Of a stretch of DNA of 64,000 nt, positions 43,350 through 54,015 are shown piece by piece. The stretch lies in the sequence record NC_054924.1. One strand, written 5' to 3'. The DNA comes from Escherichia phage vB_EcoM_Lutter. The first letter of the stretch is position 1. Each line of letters begins with the position of its first letter. A program made the position numbers and the translations under genes. The notes beneath the pieces are model-generated. The model worked only from the letters and a program-made list of their open reading frames with translations, was not told where the DNA came from and ran no database searches.

Positions 43350-43357
43350 TATTCACC

Positions 43358-44275
43358 TCAAAATTCATTAATGCTATTAGTTAATTTAGAAAGACCCGCT
43401 TTTACAAAATATGAATAAATTTTGCCACGCGGTGGTAATTTATATGAATTATAGTAATTCACAATGTTTGAAGCAATATTATCAGGAATATAATCAAAAT
43501 CAATTAGAACTAAATTTTCTTTATAACGATTATATTCAGATTCTGTGAGAAGCACCTTAGCTTGCTCACGGTCATTAGCAATAGCTTCAACGATTGAAGT
43601 TTTCATTGAAGGAGTTCGTTCGCCTTCAACTCTAGTAAACCAAAAATCAGACCGCACTTTAACTGAAGCAACGTTATCCTTTTTGTCGCCTTTAAGGATT
43701 TTAGTCATACAGTCAATTTCAGCAGAACCGCTTTTAATTTTAACCCATTTCTTGTGCATCGGTGACCATTGCTTAACATTTGGATATTTGTGAAGTTGAG
43801 TAAAGTCACCATCCGATGAAATGATTAAAATCTTATGTCCTTCTAAAGAGAACTTTTTAACCAAAACAGCAATATGGTCATCTGCTTCATACTTATCAAT
43901 ATCCATAACGATGTATGGCATATAAGCTTTCAATTCATCTATAACTTTATGACTGGATTCAAAATAACCTTCCCAGTCCCAAGTAGATTCTTCTCGTGCT
44001 TTTCCACGGTTTTTCTTATAATAATAAGCAAAATCACGACGCCAATATCCAGATTTCGCGTTATCAATACACAATACAATTTTAGTGTATCCAAGAGCTT
44101 TTGCTTTTTTGACATTAAACTTAATTGAGTTCAATATCAAATGACGAACCATTGATAAATTAATTTTTTCTTTATCTGGGAAGTTTACCAAAGCAGTTGA
44201 AAGCGCAATTTGACTAAAGTCAATTAAGCAGATTCCTTCTTTGTAATCTTCATCCAGCATCATTTCTAAATCCAT
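43358..44275 (-). CDS. rnh: RNase H (5'-3' exonuclease, FEN-like)
   Basis: 305 aa from the internal Met (MDLEMMLDEDYKEGICLIDFSQ). Confidence 0.9.
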   Translation of the reverse strand: MDLEMMLDEDYKEGICLIDFSQIALSTALVNFPDKEKINLSMVRHLILNSIKFNVKKAKALGYTKIVLCIDNAKSGYWRRDFAYYYKKNRGKAREESTWDWEGYFESSHKVIDELKAYMPYIVMDIDKYEADDHIAVLVKKFSLEGHKILIISSDGDFTQLHKYPNVKQWSPMHKKWVKIKSGSAEIDCMTKILKGDKKDNVASVKVRSDFWFTRVEGERTPSMKTSIVEAIANDREQAKVLLTESEYNRYKENLVLIDFDYIPDNIASNIVNYYNSYKLPPRGKIYSYFVKAGLSKLTNSINEF

Positions 44276-44337
44276 ATGAACCTCGTTCAATTAGTGAGAT
44301 TTCTATTATATACCATCCGAATCTTAAAGTAAACAAG

Positions 44338-44345
44338 TATAAATA
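44338..44345 (+). promoter_or_regulatory. Late promoter TATAAATA upstream of gene 34
   Basis: Exact TATAAATA about 35 nt before the ATG. Confidence 0.6.
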
Positions 44346-44379
44346 CTTATTATTGAAAACACAATAGGAGCCCGGGAGA

Positions 44380-47300
44380 ATGGCCGAGATTAAAAGAAAG
44401 TTCAGAGCAGAAGATGGTCTGGACGCAGGTGGTGATAAAATAATCAACGTAGCTTTAGCTGATCGTACCGTAGGAACTGACGGCGTTAACGTTGATTACC
44501 TAATTCAAGAAAACACAGTTCAACAATACGATCCAACTCGTGGATATTTAAAAGATTTTGTAATCATTTATGATAACCGCTTTTGGGCTGCTATAAATGA
44601 TATTCCAAAACCGGCAGGAGCTTTTAATAGCGGGCGCTGGAGAGCATTACGTACCGATGCTAACTGGATTACAGTCTCATCTGGTTCATATCAATTAAAA
44701 TCAGGTGAAGCTATTTCGGTTAACACTGCAGCTGGTAATGATATTACATTTACTTTACCATCTACTCCAATTGACGGTGATACTATCGTTCTCCAAGATA
44801 TTGGAGGAAAACCTGGAGTTAACCAAGTTTTAATTGTAGCTCCAGTGCAAAGTATTGTAAACTTCAGAGGCGAGCAAGTACGTTCAGTACTAATGACTCA
44901 TCCAAAGTCACAGCTAGTTTTAATTTTTAGTAATCGTCTGTGGCAAATGTATGTTGCTGATTATAGTAGAGAAGCTATAGTTGTAACACCAGCGAATACT
45001 TATCAAGCGCAATCCAACGATTTTATCGTACGTAGATTTACTTCTGCTGCACCGATAAATATTAAACTTCCGAGATTTGCTAATCATGGCGATATTATTA
45101 ATTTCGTTGATTTAGATAAACTGAATCCACTTTATCATACAATTGTTACTACATACGATGAAACGACTTCAGTACAAGAAGTTGGAACTCATTCCATTGA
45201 AGGCCGTACATCTATTGACGGTTTCTTGATGTATGACGATAATGAGAAATTATGGAGATTATTTGACGGGGACAGTAAAGCACGTTTACGTATCATAACA
45301 ACTAATTCAAACATTCGTCCAAATGAAGAAGTTATGGTATTTGGTGCGAATAATGGAACAACTCAGACAATTGAGCTTAAGCTTCCAACTAATATTTCTG
45401 TTGGTGATACTGTTAAAATTTCCATGAATTACATGAGAAAAGGACAAACAGTTAAAATCAAAGCTGCTGATGAAGATAAAATTGCTTCTTCAGTTCAATT
45501 GCTGCAATTCCCAAAACGCTCAGAGTATCCACCTGAAGCTGAATGGGTGACTGTTCAAGAATTAGTTTTTAACGGTGAAACTAATTATGTTCCAGTTTTG
45601 GAGCTTGCTTACATAGAAGATTCTGATGGAAAATACTGGGTTGTACAGCAAAATGCTCCAACTGTAGAAAGAGTTGATTCTTTAAACGATTCTACTAGAG
45701 CAAGATTAGGCGTGATTGCTTTAGCTACACAAGCTCAAGCTAATGCCGATTTAGAAAATTCTCCACAAAAAGAATTAGCAATTACTCCAGAAACATTAGC
45801 TAACCGTACTGCTACAGAAACTCGTAGAGGTATCGCAAGAATAGCAACTACTGCTCAAGTAAACCAGGATACTACATTCTCTTTTGCTGACGATATTATC
45901 ATCACTCCTAAAAAGCTGAATGAAAGAACTGCTACAGAAACTCGCAGAGGTGTCGCAGAAATTGCTACGCAGCAAGAAACTAATGCAGGTACTGATGATA
46001 CAACCATCATTACTCCTAAAAAGCTTCAAGCTCGCCAAGGTTCTGAATCATTATCTGGTATTGTAACTTTTGTATCTACTGCAGGTGCTACTCCAGCTTC
46101 TAGCCGTGAATTAAATGGTACAAACGTTTATAATAAAAACACTAATAATTTAGTTGTTTCACCTAAAGCTTTAGACCAGTATAAAGCTACTCCAACACAG
46201 CAAGGTGCAGTAATTTTAGCAGTTGAAAGTGAAGTAATTGCTGGACAAAGTCAGGAAGGATGGGCAAATGCTGTTGTAACGCCAGAAACGTTACATAAAA
46301 AGACATCAACTGATGGAAGAATTGGTTTAATTGAAATTGCTACACAAAGTGAAGTTAATACGGGAACTGATTATACTCGTGCAGTCACTCCTAAAACTTT
46401 AAATGACCGTAGAGCAACTGAAAGTTTAAGTGGTATAGCTGAAATTGCTACACAAGTTGAATTCGACGCAGGCGTCGACGATACTCGTATCTCTACACCA
46501 TTAAAAATTAAAACCAGATTTAATAGTACTGATCGTACTTCTGTTGTTGCTCTATCTGGATTAGTTGAATCAGGAACTCTCTGGGACCATTATACCCTTA
46601 ATATTCTTGAAGCAAATGAGACACAGCGTGGTACACTTCGTGTAGCTACACAGGTTGAAGCTGCTGCAGGAACATTAGATAATGTTTTAATAACTCCTAA
46701 AAAGCTTTTAGGTACTAAATCTACTGAAGCACAGGAAGGTGTTATTAAAGTTGCAACCCAGTCTGAAACTGTGGCTGGAACGTCAGCAAATACTGCTGTA
46801 TCTCCAAAAAATTTAAAATGGATTGTGCAGAGTGAACCTACCTGGGCAGCTACTACTGCGATAAGAGGTTTTGTTAAAACTTCATCTGGTTCAATTACAT
46901 TCGTTGGTAATGATACAGTCGGTTCTACCCAAGATTTAGAACTATATGAGAAAAATAGCTATGCAGTATCACCATATGAATTAAACCGTGTATTAGCAAA
47001 TTATTTGCCGTTAAAAGCAAAAGCTGCTGATACAAATTTATTGGATGGTCTAGATTCATCTCAGTTCATTCGTAGGGATATTGCACAGACGGTTAATGGT
47101 TCACTAACCTTAACCCAGCAAACGAATCTGAGTGCCCCTCTTGTATCATCTAGTACTGCTACGTTTGGTGGATCAGTTTCGGCAAATAGTACATTAACTA
47201 TTTCTAATACTGGAACGGCAACTCGTCTGATTTTTGAGAAAGGACCTCAAACTGGAACTAACCCAGCACAGACGATGACTATCAGAGTTTGGGGAAATCA

Positions 47301-48249
47301 GTTTGGCGGCGGTTCAGATACAACACGTTCTACTGTATTTGAAGTTGGTGATGAAACATCTAATCACTTTTATTCTCAACGTAATAAAGCTGGGAATATA
47401 ACGTTTAGTATTAATGGTACTGTGATGCCAATAAATGTTAACGCTTCCGGTTCATTGAATGCGAATGGCGTAGCAACATTTGGTAGTTCAGTTACTGCTA
47501 ATGGTGAATTCATTAGCAAGTCTGCAAATGCTTTCAGAGCAATAAACGGTGATTATGGATTCTTTATTCGCAATGATGCTGCTAATACCTATTTTATGCT
47601 CACTGCATCCGGTGATCAGACCGGTGGATTTAATGGATTACGTCCATTATCAATTAATAATCAATCCGGTCAAGTCACAATTGGTGAAAGCTTAATCATT
47701 GCCAAAGGTGCTACTATAAATTCAGGTGGTTTGACTGTTAACTCGAGAATTCGTTCTCAGGGTACTAAAACATCTGATTTATATACCCGTGCGCCAACAT
47801 CTGATACTGTAGGATTCTGGTCAATTGATATTAATGATTCAGCTACTTATAACCAGTTCCCGGGTTATTTTAAAATGGTTGAAAAAACTAATGAAGTGAC
47901 TGGGCTTCCATACTTAGAACGTGGCGAAGAAGTTAAATCTCCTGGTACACTGACTCAGTTTGGTAACACACTTGATTCGCTTTACCAAGATTGGATTACT
48001 TATCCAACGACGCCAGACGCGCGTACCACTCGCTGGACACGTACATGGCAGAAAACCAAAAACTCTTGGTCAAGTTTTGTTCAGGTATTTGATGGAGGTA
48101 ACCCTCCTCAGCCGTCTGATATTGGTGCTTTACCATCTGATAATGCTACAATGGGGAATCTTACTATTCGTGATTTCTTGCGAATTGGTAATGTTCGCAT
48201 TGTTCCTGACCCAGTGAATAAATCTGTTAAATTTGAATGGGTTGAATAA
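44380..48249 (+). CDS. 34: Long tail fibre proximal subunit gp34
   Basis: 1289 aa; internal ~40-aa repeats (T-x-T-E-T-R-R-G-x-A-x-I-A-T-Q...I-T-P-K-K-L). Confidence 0.9.
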   Translation: MAEIKRKFRAEDGLDAGGDKIINVALADRTVGTDGVNVDYLIQENTVQQYDPTRGYLKDFVIIYDNRFWAAINDIPKPAGAFNSGRWRALRTDANWITVSSGSYQLKSGEAISVNTAAGNDITFTLPSTPIDGDTIVLQDIGGKPGVNQVLIVAPVQSIVNFRGEQVRSVLMTHPKSQLVLIFSNRLWQMYVADYSREAIVVTPANTYQAQSNDFIVRRFTSAAPINIKLPRFANHGDIINFVDLDKLNPLYHTIVTTYDETTSVQEVGTHSIEGRTSIDGFLMYDDNEKLWRLFDGDSKARLRIITTNSNIRPNEEVMVFGANNGTTQTIELKLPTNISVGDTVKISMNYMRKGQTVKIKAADEDKIASSVQLLQFPKRSEYPPEAEWVTVQELVFNGETNYVPVLELAYIEDSDGKYWVVQQNAPTVERVDSLNDSTRARLGVIALATQAQANADLENSPQKELAITPETLANRTATETRRGIARIATTAQVNQDTTFSFADDIIITPKKLNERTATETRRGVAEIATQQETNAGTDDTTIITPKKLQARQGSESLSGIVTFVSTAGATPASSRELNGTNVYNKNTNNLVVSPKALDQYKATPTQQGAVILAVESEVIAGQSQEGWANAVVTPETLHKKTSTDGRIGLIEIATQSEVNTGTDYTRAVTPKTLNDRRATESLSGIAEIATQVEFDAGVDDTRISTPLKIKTRFNSTDRTSVVALSGLVESGTLWDHYTLNILEANETQRGTLRVATQVEAAAGTLDNVLITPKKLLGTKSTEAQEGVIKVATQSETVAGTSANTAVSPKNLKWIVQSEPTWAATTAIRGFVKTSSGSITFVGNDTVGSTQDLELYEKNSYAVSPYELNRVLANYLPLKAKAADTNLLDGLDSSQFIRRDIAQTVNGSLTLTQQTNLSAPLVSSSTATFGGSVSANSTLTISNTGTATRLIFEKGPQTGTNPAQTMTIRVWGNQFGGGSDTTRSTVFEVGDETSNHFYSQRNKAGNITFSINGTVMPINVNASGSLNANGVATFGSSVTANGEFISKSANAFRAINGDYGFFIRNDAANTYFMLTASGDQTGGFNGLRPLSINNQSGQVTIGESLIIAKGATINSGGLTVNSRIRSQGTKTSDLYTRAPTSDTVGFWSIDINDSATYNQFPGYFKMVEKTNEVTGLPYLERGEEVKSPGTLTQFGNTLDSLYQDWITYPTTPDARTTRWTRTWQKTKNSWSSFVQVFDGGNPPQPSDIGALPSDNATMGNLTIRDFLRIGNVRIVPDPVNKSVKFEWVE

Positions 48250-48257
48250 GAGGTATT

Positions 48258-49373
48258 ATGGAAAAATTTATGGCAGAGTTTGGACAAGGATATGTCCAAA
48301 CGCCATTTTTATCGGAAAGTAATTCAGTAAGATATAAAATAAGTATAGCGGGTTCTTGCCCGCTTTCTACAGCAGGACCATACGTTAAATTTCAGGATAA
48401 TCCTGTAGGAAGTCAAACATTTAGCGCAGGACTTCATTTAAGAGTTTTTGACCCTTCCACCGGAGCATTAGTTGATAGTAAGTCATATTCTTTTTCGACT
48501 TCAAATGATACTACATCAGCTGCTTTTGTTAGTTTCATGAATTCTTTGGCGAATAACAGACTTGCTGCTATATTAACTAGCGGAAAGGTTAATTTTCCTC
48601 CTGAAGTAGTATCTTGGTTAAGAACCGCAGGAACGTCTGCTTTTCCATCTGATTCTATATTGTCAAGATTCGACGTGTCATATGCTGCTTTTTATACTTC
48701 TTCTAAAAGAGCTATTGCATTAGAGCATGTTAAACTGAGTAATAGAAAAAGCACAGATGATTATCAAACTATTTTAGATGTTGTATTTGACAGTTTAGAA
48801 GATGTAGGAGCTACCGGGTTTCCAAGAAGAACGTATGAAAGCGTTGAGCAATTCATGTCGGCAGTTGGCGGAACTAATAACGAAATTGCGCGTCTACCAA
48901 CTTCAGCTGCGATAAGTAAATTATCTGACTATAATTTAATCCCTGGTGATGTTCTTTATCTTAAAGCACAGTTATATGCCGACGCCGATTTACTTGCGCT
49001 TGGAACTACGAATATATCCATTCGATTTTATAATGCATCTAACGGATATATTTCTTCAACACAGGCTGAATTTACCGGGCAAGCTGGTTCTTGGGAATTA
49101 AAAGAAGATTATGTGGTTGTTCCAGAAAACGCTGTCGGATTTACGATATATGCACAGAGAACTGCGCAAGCTGGTCAAGGTGGCATGAGAAATTTAAGCT
49201 TTTCTGAAGTGTCAAGAAATGGAGGTATTTCGAAACCTGCTGAATTTGGCGTCAATGGTATTCGAGTTAATTATGTCTGTGAATCCGCTTCACCTCCGGA
49301 TATAATGGTACTTCCTACACAAGCATCGTCTAAAACTGGTAAAGTGTTTGGACAAGAATTTAGAGAAGTATAA
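48258..49373 (+). CDS. 35: Long tail fibre hinge (kneecap) protein gp35
   Basis: 371 aa; synteny. Confidence 0.85.
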   Translation: MEKFMAEFGQGYVQTPFLSESNSVRYKISIAGSCPLSTAGPYVKFQDNPVGSQTFSAGLHLRVFDPSTGALVDSKSYSFSTSNDTTSAAFVSFMNSLANNRLAAILTSGKVNFPPEVVSWLRTAGTSAFPSDSILSRFDVSYAAFYTSSKRAIALEHVKLSNRKSTDDYQTILDVVFDSLEDVGATGFPRRTYESVEQFMSAVGGTNNEIARLPTSAAISKLSDYNLIPGDVLYLKAQLYADADLLALGTTNISIRFYNASNGYISSTQAEFTGQAGSWELKEDYVVVPENAVGFTIYAQRTAQAGQGGMRNLSFSEVSRNGGISKPAEFGVNGIRVNYVCESASPPDIMVLPTQASSKTGKVFGQEFREV

Positions 49374-49378
49374 ATTGA

Positions 49379-49405
49379 GGGAGCCTTCGGGCTCCCTTTT
49401 TCTTT
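49379..49405 (+). terminator. Rho-independent terminator after gene 35
   Basis: gggagccttcgggctccc hairpin followed by TTTTTCTTT. Confidence 0.65.
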
Positions 49406-49412
49406 ATAAATA
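49405..49412 (+). promoter_or_regulatory. Late promoter TATAAATA upstream of gene 36
   Basis: Exact TATAAATA about 25 nt before the ATG. Confidence 0.6.
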
Positions 49413-49435
49413 CTATTAAAATAAAGGGGCATACA

Positions 49436-50101
49436 ATGGCTGATTTAAAAGTAGGTTCAACAACTGGAGGCTCTGTCATTTGGCATCAAGGAAATTTTCC
49501 ATTGAATCCAGCCGGTGACGATGTACTCTATAAATCATTTAAAATATATTCAGAATATAATAAACCACAGGCAACTGATAACGATTTCGTTTCTAAAGCT
49601 AATGGTGGTACTTATGCATCAAAGGTAACATTTAACGGTGGCGTACAAGTTCCGTATGCTATAAACAACACAAACCAATGTGGTATTTATCCAGGTAACG
49701 GTGATAATGCTACTTTTGCTGTAGCAAATATTGATATTGTTTCGTGGAATGGTATTGGTTTTAAATCATCACAAGGTTCAGCAGACCGAACTGTTGTAAT
49801 TAATGCACGTAATGGTGATATTAGTACAAAAGGCGTTGTGACAGCAGTAGGTCAAATAAGAAGTAATGCAGTTTCTCCTGTATCAGCAAATGACCTTACT
49901 AGAAAGGACTATGTTGATGGAGCAATAAATACTGTTACGGCAAATGCGAACTCTAGGGTGCTACGGTCTGGTGACACCATGACAGGTAATTTAACCGCAC
50001 CAAACTTTTTCTCGCAGAATCCTGCGTCTCAACCTTCACACGTTCCACGATTTGACCAAATCGTAATTAAGGATTCTGTTCAAGATTTCGGCTATTATTA
50101 A
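49436..50101 (+). CDS. 36: Long tail fibre distal connector gp36
   Basis: 221 aa. Confidence 0.85.
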   Translation: MADLKVGSTTGGSVIWHQGNFPLNPAGDDVLYKSFKIYSEYNKPQATDNDFVSKANGGTYASKVTFNGGVQVPYAINNTNQCGIYPGNGDNATFAVANIDIVSWNGIGFKSSQGSADRTVVINARNGDISTKGVVTAVGQIRSNAVSPVSANDLTRKDYVDGAINTVTANANSRVLRSGDTMTGNLTAPNFFSQNPASQPSHVPRFDQIVIKDSVQDFGYY

Positions 50102-50109
50102 GAGGACTT

Positions 50110-53100
50110 ATGGCTACTTTAAAACAAATACAATTTAAAAGAAGCAAAACCGCAGGTGCACGTCCTGCTGCTTCAGTATTAGCCGAAGGCGAATTGGCTA
50201 TAAACTTAAAAGATAGAACAATTTTTACTAAAGATGATTCAGGAAATATCATTGACTTAAGCATTTCCGCTGGCGGTAATATCAGTGGAAATATCACTCA
50301 AACTGGTGATTATACACAGACTGGAAAATTTAATTTAATTGGTCCACAAATTGTAGCAAGTGGTGGATATATTGAGTTTAATTATCGTACTACTGGAAGT
50401 GGGGCTTGGTCCGGTCAACACACTGCAAAAGCTCCAATTTTTGTAGATTTAAGCTCAGCTACTTCCACATCTGAATATAATCCTATAATTAAACAGCGCT
50501 TTAAAGATGGAACTTTTTCATTAGGTACTTTAGTTTCTGAAGGTTCGTTAAAGATTCATTATATTGATGAAACTGGTCAATCTAAATATTGGACATTTGC
50601 GCGCTCAGGTAATTTTCAAGTTGATTCTGGTAATTTATTAGTATCTGGTGGGTATTTAGTCGCTCAGAGTAATATTGAAACAAGAACAGGTTCTTTGATT
50701 GGTCCATCTGTTGTAACTAAAAATATTTCATTTGATACGAAAGCGTTTGGACAATATGATTCGCAGTCATTAGTTCAATATGTTTATCCTGGAACTGGTG
50801 AAACAAACGGAATTAATTACCTTCGTAAATTCCGTGCAAAATCCGGTGGTACGATTTATCATGAATTAGCTTCTGCACAAACCGGAAAAAGTGATGAACT
50901 GTCTTGGTGGACCGGTAATACAGCCGTTAATAAACAAATGGGCCTTCGCAATGATGGGTCTTTAGTATTGCGACGCTCACTCGCAATTGGTACAATTACA
51001 ACAGATGAAAACATTAATAATTACGGCTCCACTGGAGCAATGGGTGAATGCTATATAGTCATTGGAGATGCCGCAACTGGTATATCATATAAAAGATCTG
51101 GTGTATATGATTTAGTTGCTAATGGTCTTTCTATCGCGTCTATTACTCCTGACAGTTTCCGTAGTACTCGTAAAGCATTATTTGGACGCTCAGAAGATCA
51201 AGGTACAACATGGATTATGCCTGGAACGAATGCTGCATTTTTATCAGTTCAAACACAGGCTGATGAAAACGGTGCTGGAGACGGTCAGACACATATTGGC
51301 TATAATTCAGGCGGAAAAATGAACCACTATTTCCGCGGCAAAGGCAAAACTAATATTAATACTCAAGAAGGCATGGAAGTTAACCCGGGTATTCTTAAAA
51401 TAGTAACCGGTGCAAATAATGTAATGTTTTATGCTGATGGCGGTATTACATCCACTAAGCAGCTTTCAATATATAATGGTGTATATTTAGCAGCTAATAA
51501 TTCTACTGCTGGGCTAACATTCGCTCCAACTACTACAGTTGATGGCACTAAGCAAATTTTGTGGGAAGGTGGTAAGCGCGCTGGACAGAATAAAAGCTAT
51601 GTAACTGTTAAAGCGTGGGGTAATTCATTTAACGCATCTGGCGATCGTAATCGTGAAACAGTTTTTGAAGTAGCTGACGGACAAGGTTATTATTTTTATG
51701 CGCAGCGTGTAGCTCCTGCATCAGGTTCAACAACTGGAGTAATTCAATTTAGAATTGCTGGAGCATTATTAACCGGTGGGGGTATTACATCATCAGGTTC
51801 TATTGTTACTGAGTCAAGTTTAGTTGCAAATAATGGATTGTCTGTAAATGGACAAGCTAAATTTGGTGGAACAGCAGATGCATTAAGAATTTGGAATGCT
51901 GAATACGGTGCTATTTTCCGCCGTTCGGAAACTAACTTTTATATTATTCCAACTTTACAAAATGCTGGAGAATCGGGCGGTATAAGTAATTTACGCCCAT
52001 TTACCATCAATCTCGCAAATGGTAGTGTTATGATGGGCAATCATACACAAGCCGGAAAAAATTTGCTTACTATTGATAACGTATCAAAATTCGTTCAAAC
52101 CGATGTTAGACTTCGAGTTAATATGGATTCTGACGCTATTGTGGTAAATGCTTCATCTCAAGCTGCATCTAACTTTATTCAAGGACGTAAGGCTGATGTT
52201 ACAAAATGGTATTTAGGTATTGGCGATGGCGGAAACGTCGTTCGTATGCATAATTACACCTACTCTCACGGTATTGCATTAAACTCTGATACTGTCGATA
52301 TTACTAAGCCTCTTAAAATTAATGATATTCGAATTGGTACAGATGGTAACATCACAGGTGGTACTGGTAATTTTGCTAACTTAAATACAACGTTAAATCG
52401 TAAAACCAGCGTGGGCGGTTGGGCTGGTAGTTCTGTTGACGGATGGTATAAATTTGCTACGGTAACAATTCCTCAGGGTACTGGTACAGTGACTTTTAAG
52501 ATTTCCGGCGGCGCTGGTTTTAATTTTAAAAGCTATAGCCAAGCTTCTGTTGCAGAAATAGTTCTTCGCACGGGTAATAATCCTAAAGGCATAAACGCTG
52601 TACTGTGGAATAGGTCAGACCTGAGTTTTAATCAGATAGCTACTATGAATACATCTGGCGATACTTATGATGTATACGTGTTCTGTGCCGGTTATACAAA
52701 TGCATTAGTGGTTGAATATTCCTGTAGTGAAAACTCTTCGGTAACCGTAGTCGGTCTTAACGGAGGCATTCAGCCAGTTGTTGATGCATTGCCTGAGGGA
52801 CATGTTGTAGGTAAAACAGTTCGTCTGTTAAATAATATTGGCGGAACTTTCGCAGCTGGAGAATCTAACATTGTTACTCGCGGTGAATACGTTACTGATA
52901 ATCAAAAAGGCATGCGTATTAAATCTAACGGTAATAATATCGGTTCTAACGCAGCTTTAATTAGAAATGATGGCGGAAGTTTTTATATTTTAGCTACAGA
53001 TAAAAATACGGAAGAAAAACCCGATGCAGCTAATGGTGATTGGAATGGCTTAAGACCTTTCTCTATTAATATGACTGATGGCCGCGTTAGTATGAACCAC

Positions 53101-53985
53101 GGGTTGAATATTACTGGCGGTGGATTAAACGTTACTGGTGGTAATACTAGCTTAGGTAATATCTCGTCTCGTTTGGTTTCATACGCCCGCGCGCCATCTG
53201 GATGGGGAGATACCTCAGATGCCATGAAATCTAAAATCACCTTTATGGCAGACCACGGGGATTTATCTAATTCAGACAGTTATTATCCTATTGTCGGTGC
53301 ATACAGCAACTATGGTTCAGCGGGTTATCGTCAAACATTTGAATTTGGATGGGTCGGCTCTGGTACCACCGCTGGATGGCGAGAAGGTATTATTCGTATT
53401 CGCGGTGATAATGCTAATGGCCAGCAAGCAAGATGGCGATTTACAATGGATGGTATTTTAGATTGCCCGGGTAAAGTACAGATGCCACAAACAAGCGCAT
53501 TTGGCGTCAATACAACAAATGGATGGGGTGGTAACTCCATTGCAATTGGTGATAGCAATACTGGTTTTAGACAAGTAGGCGATGGGCTTTTAGAAGCGTG
53601 GGCGAACAATGTTAAAGTTGTTAGATTCACCTCAGGTGAAGTTTATTCCGAGAAAAACGTTAACGCTCCTAATGTTTACATTCGTTCTGATGTTCGCTTG
53701 AAATCTAATTTCAAACCTATTGAAAACGCGCTCGAAAGGGTTGAGCAACTTGATGGTTTAATCTATGATAAAGCTGAATATATAGGCGGTGAGCCTGTTC
53801 AAACTGAAGCGGGTATTATAGCTCAAACGTTGCAAGACGTTTTACCAGAAGCTGTCCATGAAACAGAAGACAGTAAGGGTAATAAAATACTCACTGTTTC
53901 TTCTCAAGCCCAGATTGCTCTTCTGGTTGAAGCTGTGAAAACACTTTCTGCTCGTGTAAAAGAACTTGAATCTAAACTTATGTAA
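50110..53985 (+). CDS. 37: Long tail fibre distal subunit gp37 (long, T2-like type with a C-terminal chaperone-like domain)
   Basis: 1291 aa; N-terminus MATLKQIQFKRSKTAGARPAASVLAEGELAINL; segments homologous to gp34; C-terminal ~99 aa resemble an intramolecular chaperone domain. Confidence 0.85.
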   Translation: MATLKQIQFKRSKTAGARPAASVLAEGELAINLKDRTIFTKDDSGNIIDLSISAGGNISGNITQTGDYTQTGKFNLIGPQIVASGGYIEFNYRTTGSGAWSGQHTAKAPIFVDLSSATSTSEYNPIIKQRFKDGTFSLGTLVSEGSLKIHYIDETGQSKYWTFARSGNFQVDSGNLLVSGGYLVAQSNIETRTGSLIGPSVVTKNISFDTKAFGQYDSQSLVQYVYPGTGETNGINYLRKFRAKSGGTIYHELASAQTGKSDELSWWTGNTAVNKQMGLRNDGSLVLRRSLAIGTITTDENINNYGSTGAMGECYIVIGDAATGISYKRSGVYDLVANGLSIASITPDSFRSTRKALFGRSEDQGTTWIMPGTNAAFLSVQTQADENGAGDGQTHIGYNSGGKMNHYFRGKGKTNINTQEGMEVNPGILKIVTGANNVMFYADGGITSTKQLSIYNGVYLAANNSTAGLTFAPTTTVDGTKQILWEGGKRAGQNKSYVTVKAWGNSFNASGDRNRETVFEVADGQGYYFYAQRVAPASGSTTGVIQFRIAGALLTGGGITSSGSIVTESSLVANNGLSVNGQAKFGGTADALRIWNAEYGAIFRRSETNFYIIPTLQNAGESGGISNLRPFTINLANGSVMMGNHTQAGKNLLTIDNVSKFVQTDVRLRVNMDSDAIVVNASSQAASNFIQGRKADVTKWYLGIGDGGNVVRMHNYTYSHGIALNSDTVDITKPLKINDIRIGTDGNITGGTGNFANLNTTLNRKTSVGGWAGSSVDGWYKFATVTIPQGTGTVTFKISGGAGFNFKSYSQASVAEIVLRTGNNPKGINAVLWNRSDLSFNQIATMNTSGDTYDVYVFCAGYTNALVVEYSCSENSSVTVVGLNGGIQPVVDALPEGHVVGKTVRLLNNIGGTFAAGESNIVTRGEYVTDNQKGMRIKSNGNNIGSNAALIRNDGGSFYILATDKNTEEKPDAANGDWNGLRPFSINMTDGRVSMNHGLNITGGGLNVTGGNTSLGNISSRLVSYARAPSGWGDTSDAMKSKITFMADHGDLSNSDSYYPIVGAYSNYGSAGYRQTFEFGWVGSGTTAGWREGIIRIRGDNANGQQARWRFTMDGILDCPGKVQMPQTSAFGVNTTNGWGGNSIAIGDSNTGFRQVGDGLLEAWANNVKVVRFTSGEVYSEKNVNAPNVYIRSDVRLKSNFKPIENALERVEQLDGLIYDKAEYIGGEPVQTEAGIIAQTLQDVLPEAVHETEDSKGNKILTVSSQAQIALLVEAVKTLSARVKELESKLM

Positions 53986-54015
53986 AAGAGGGCTTCGGCC
54001 CTCTAAGGATTTTTA

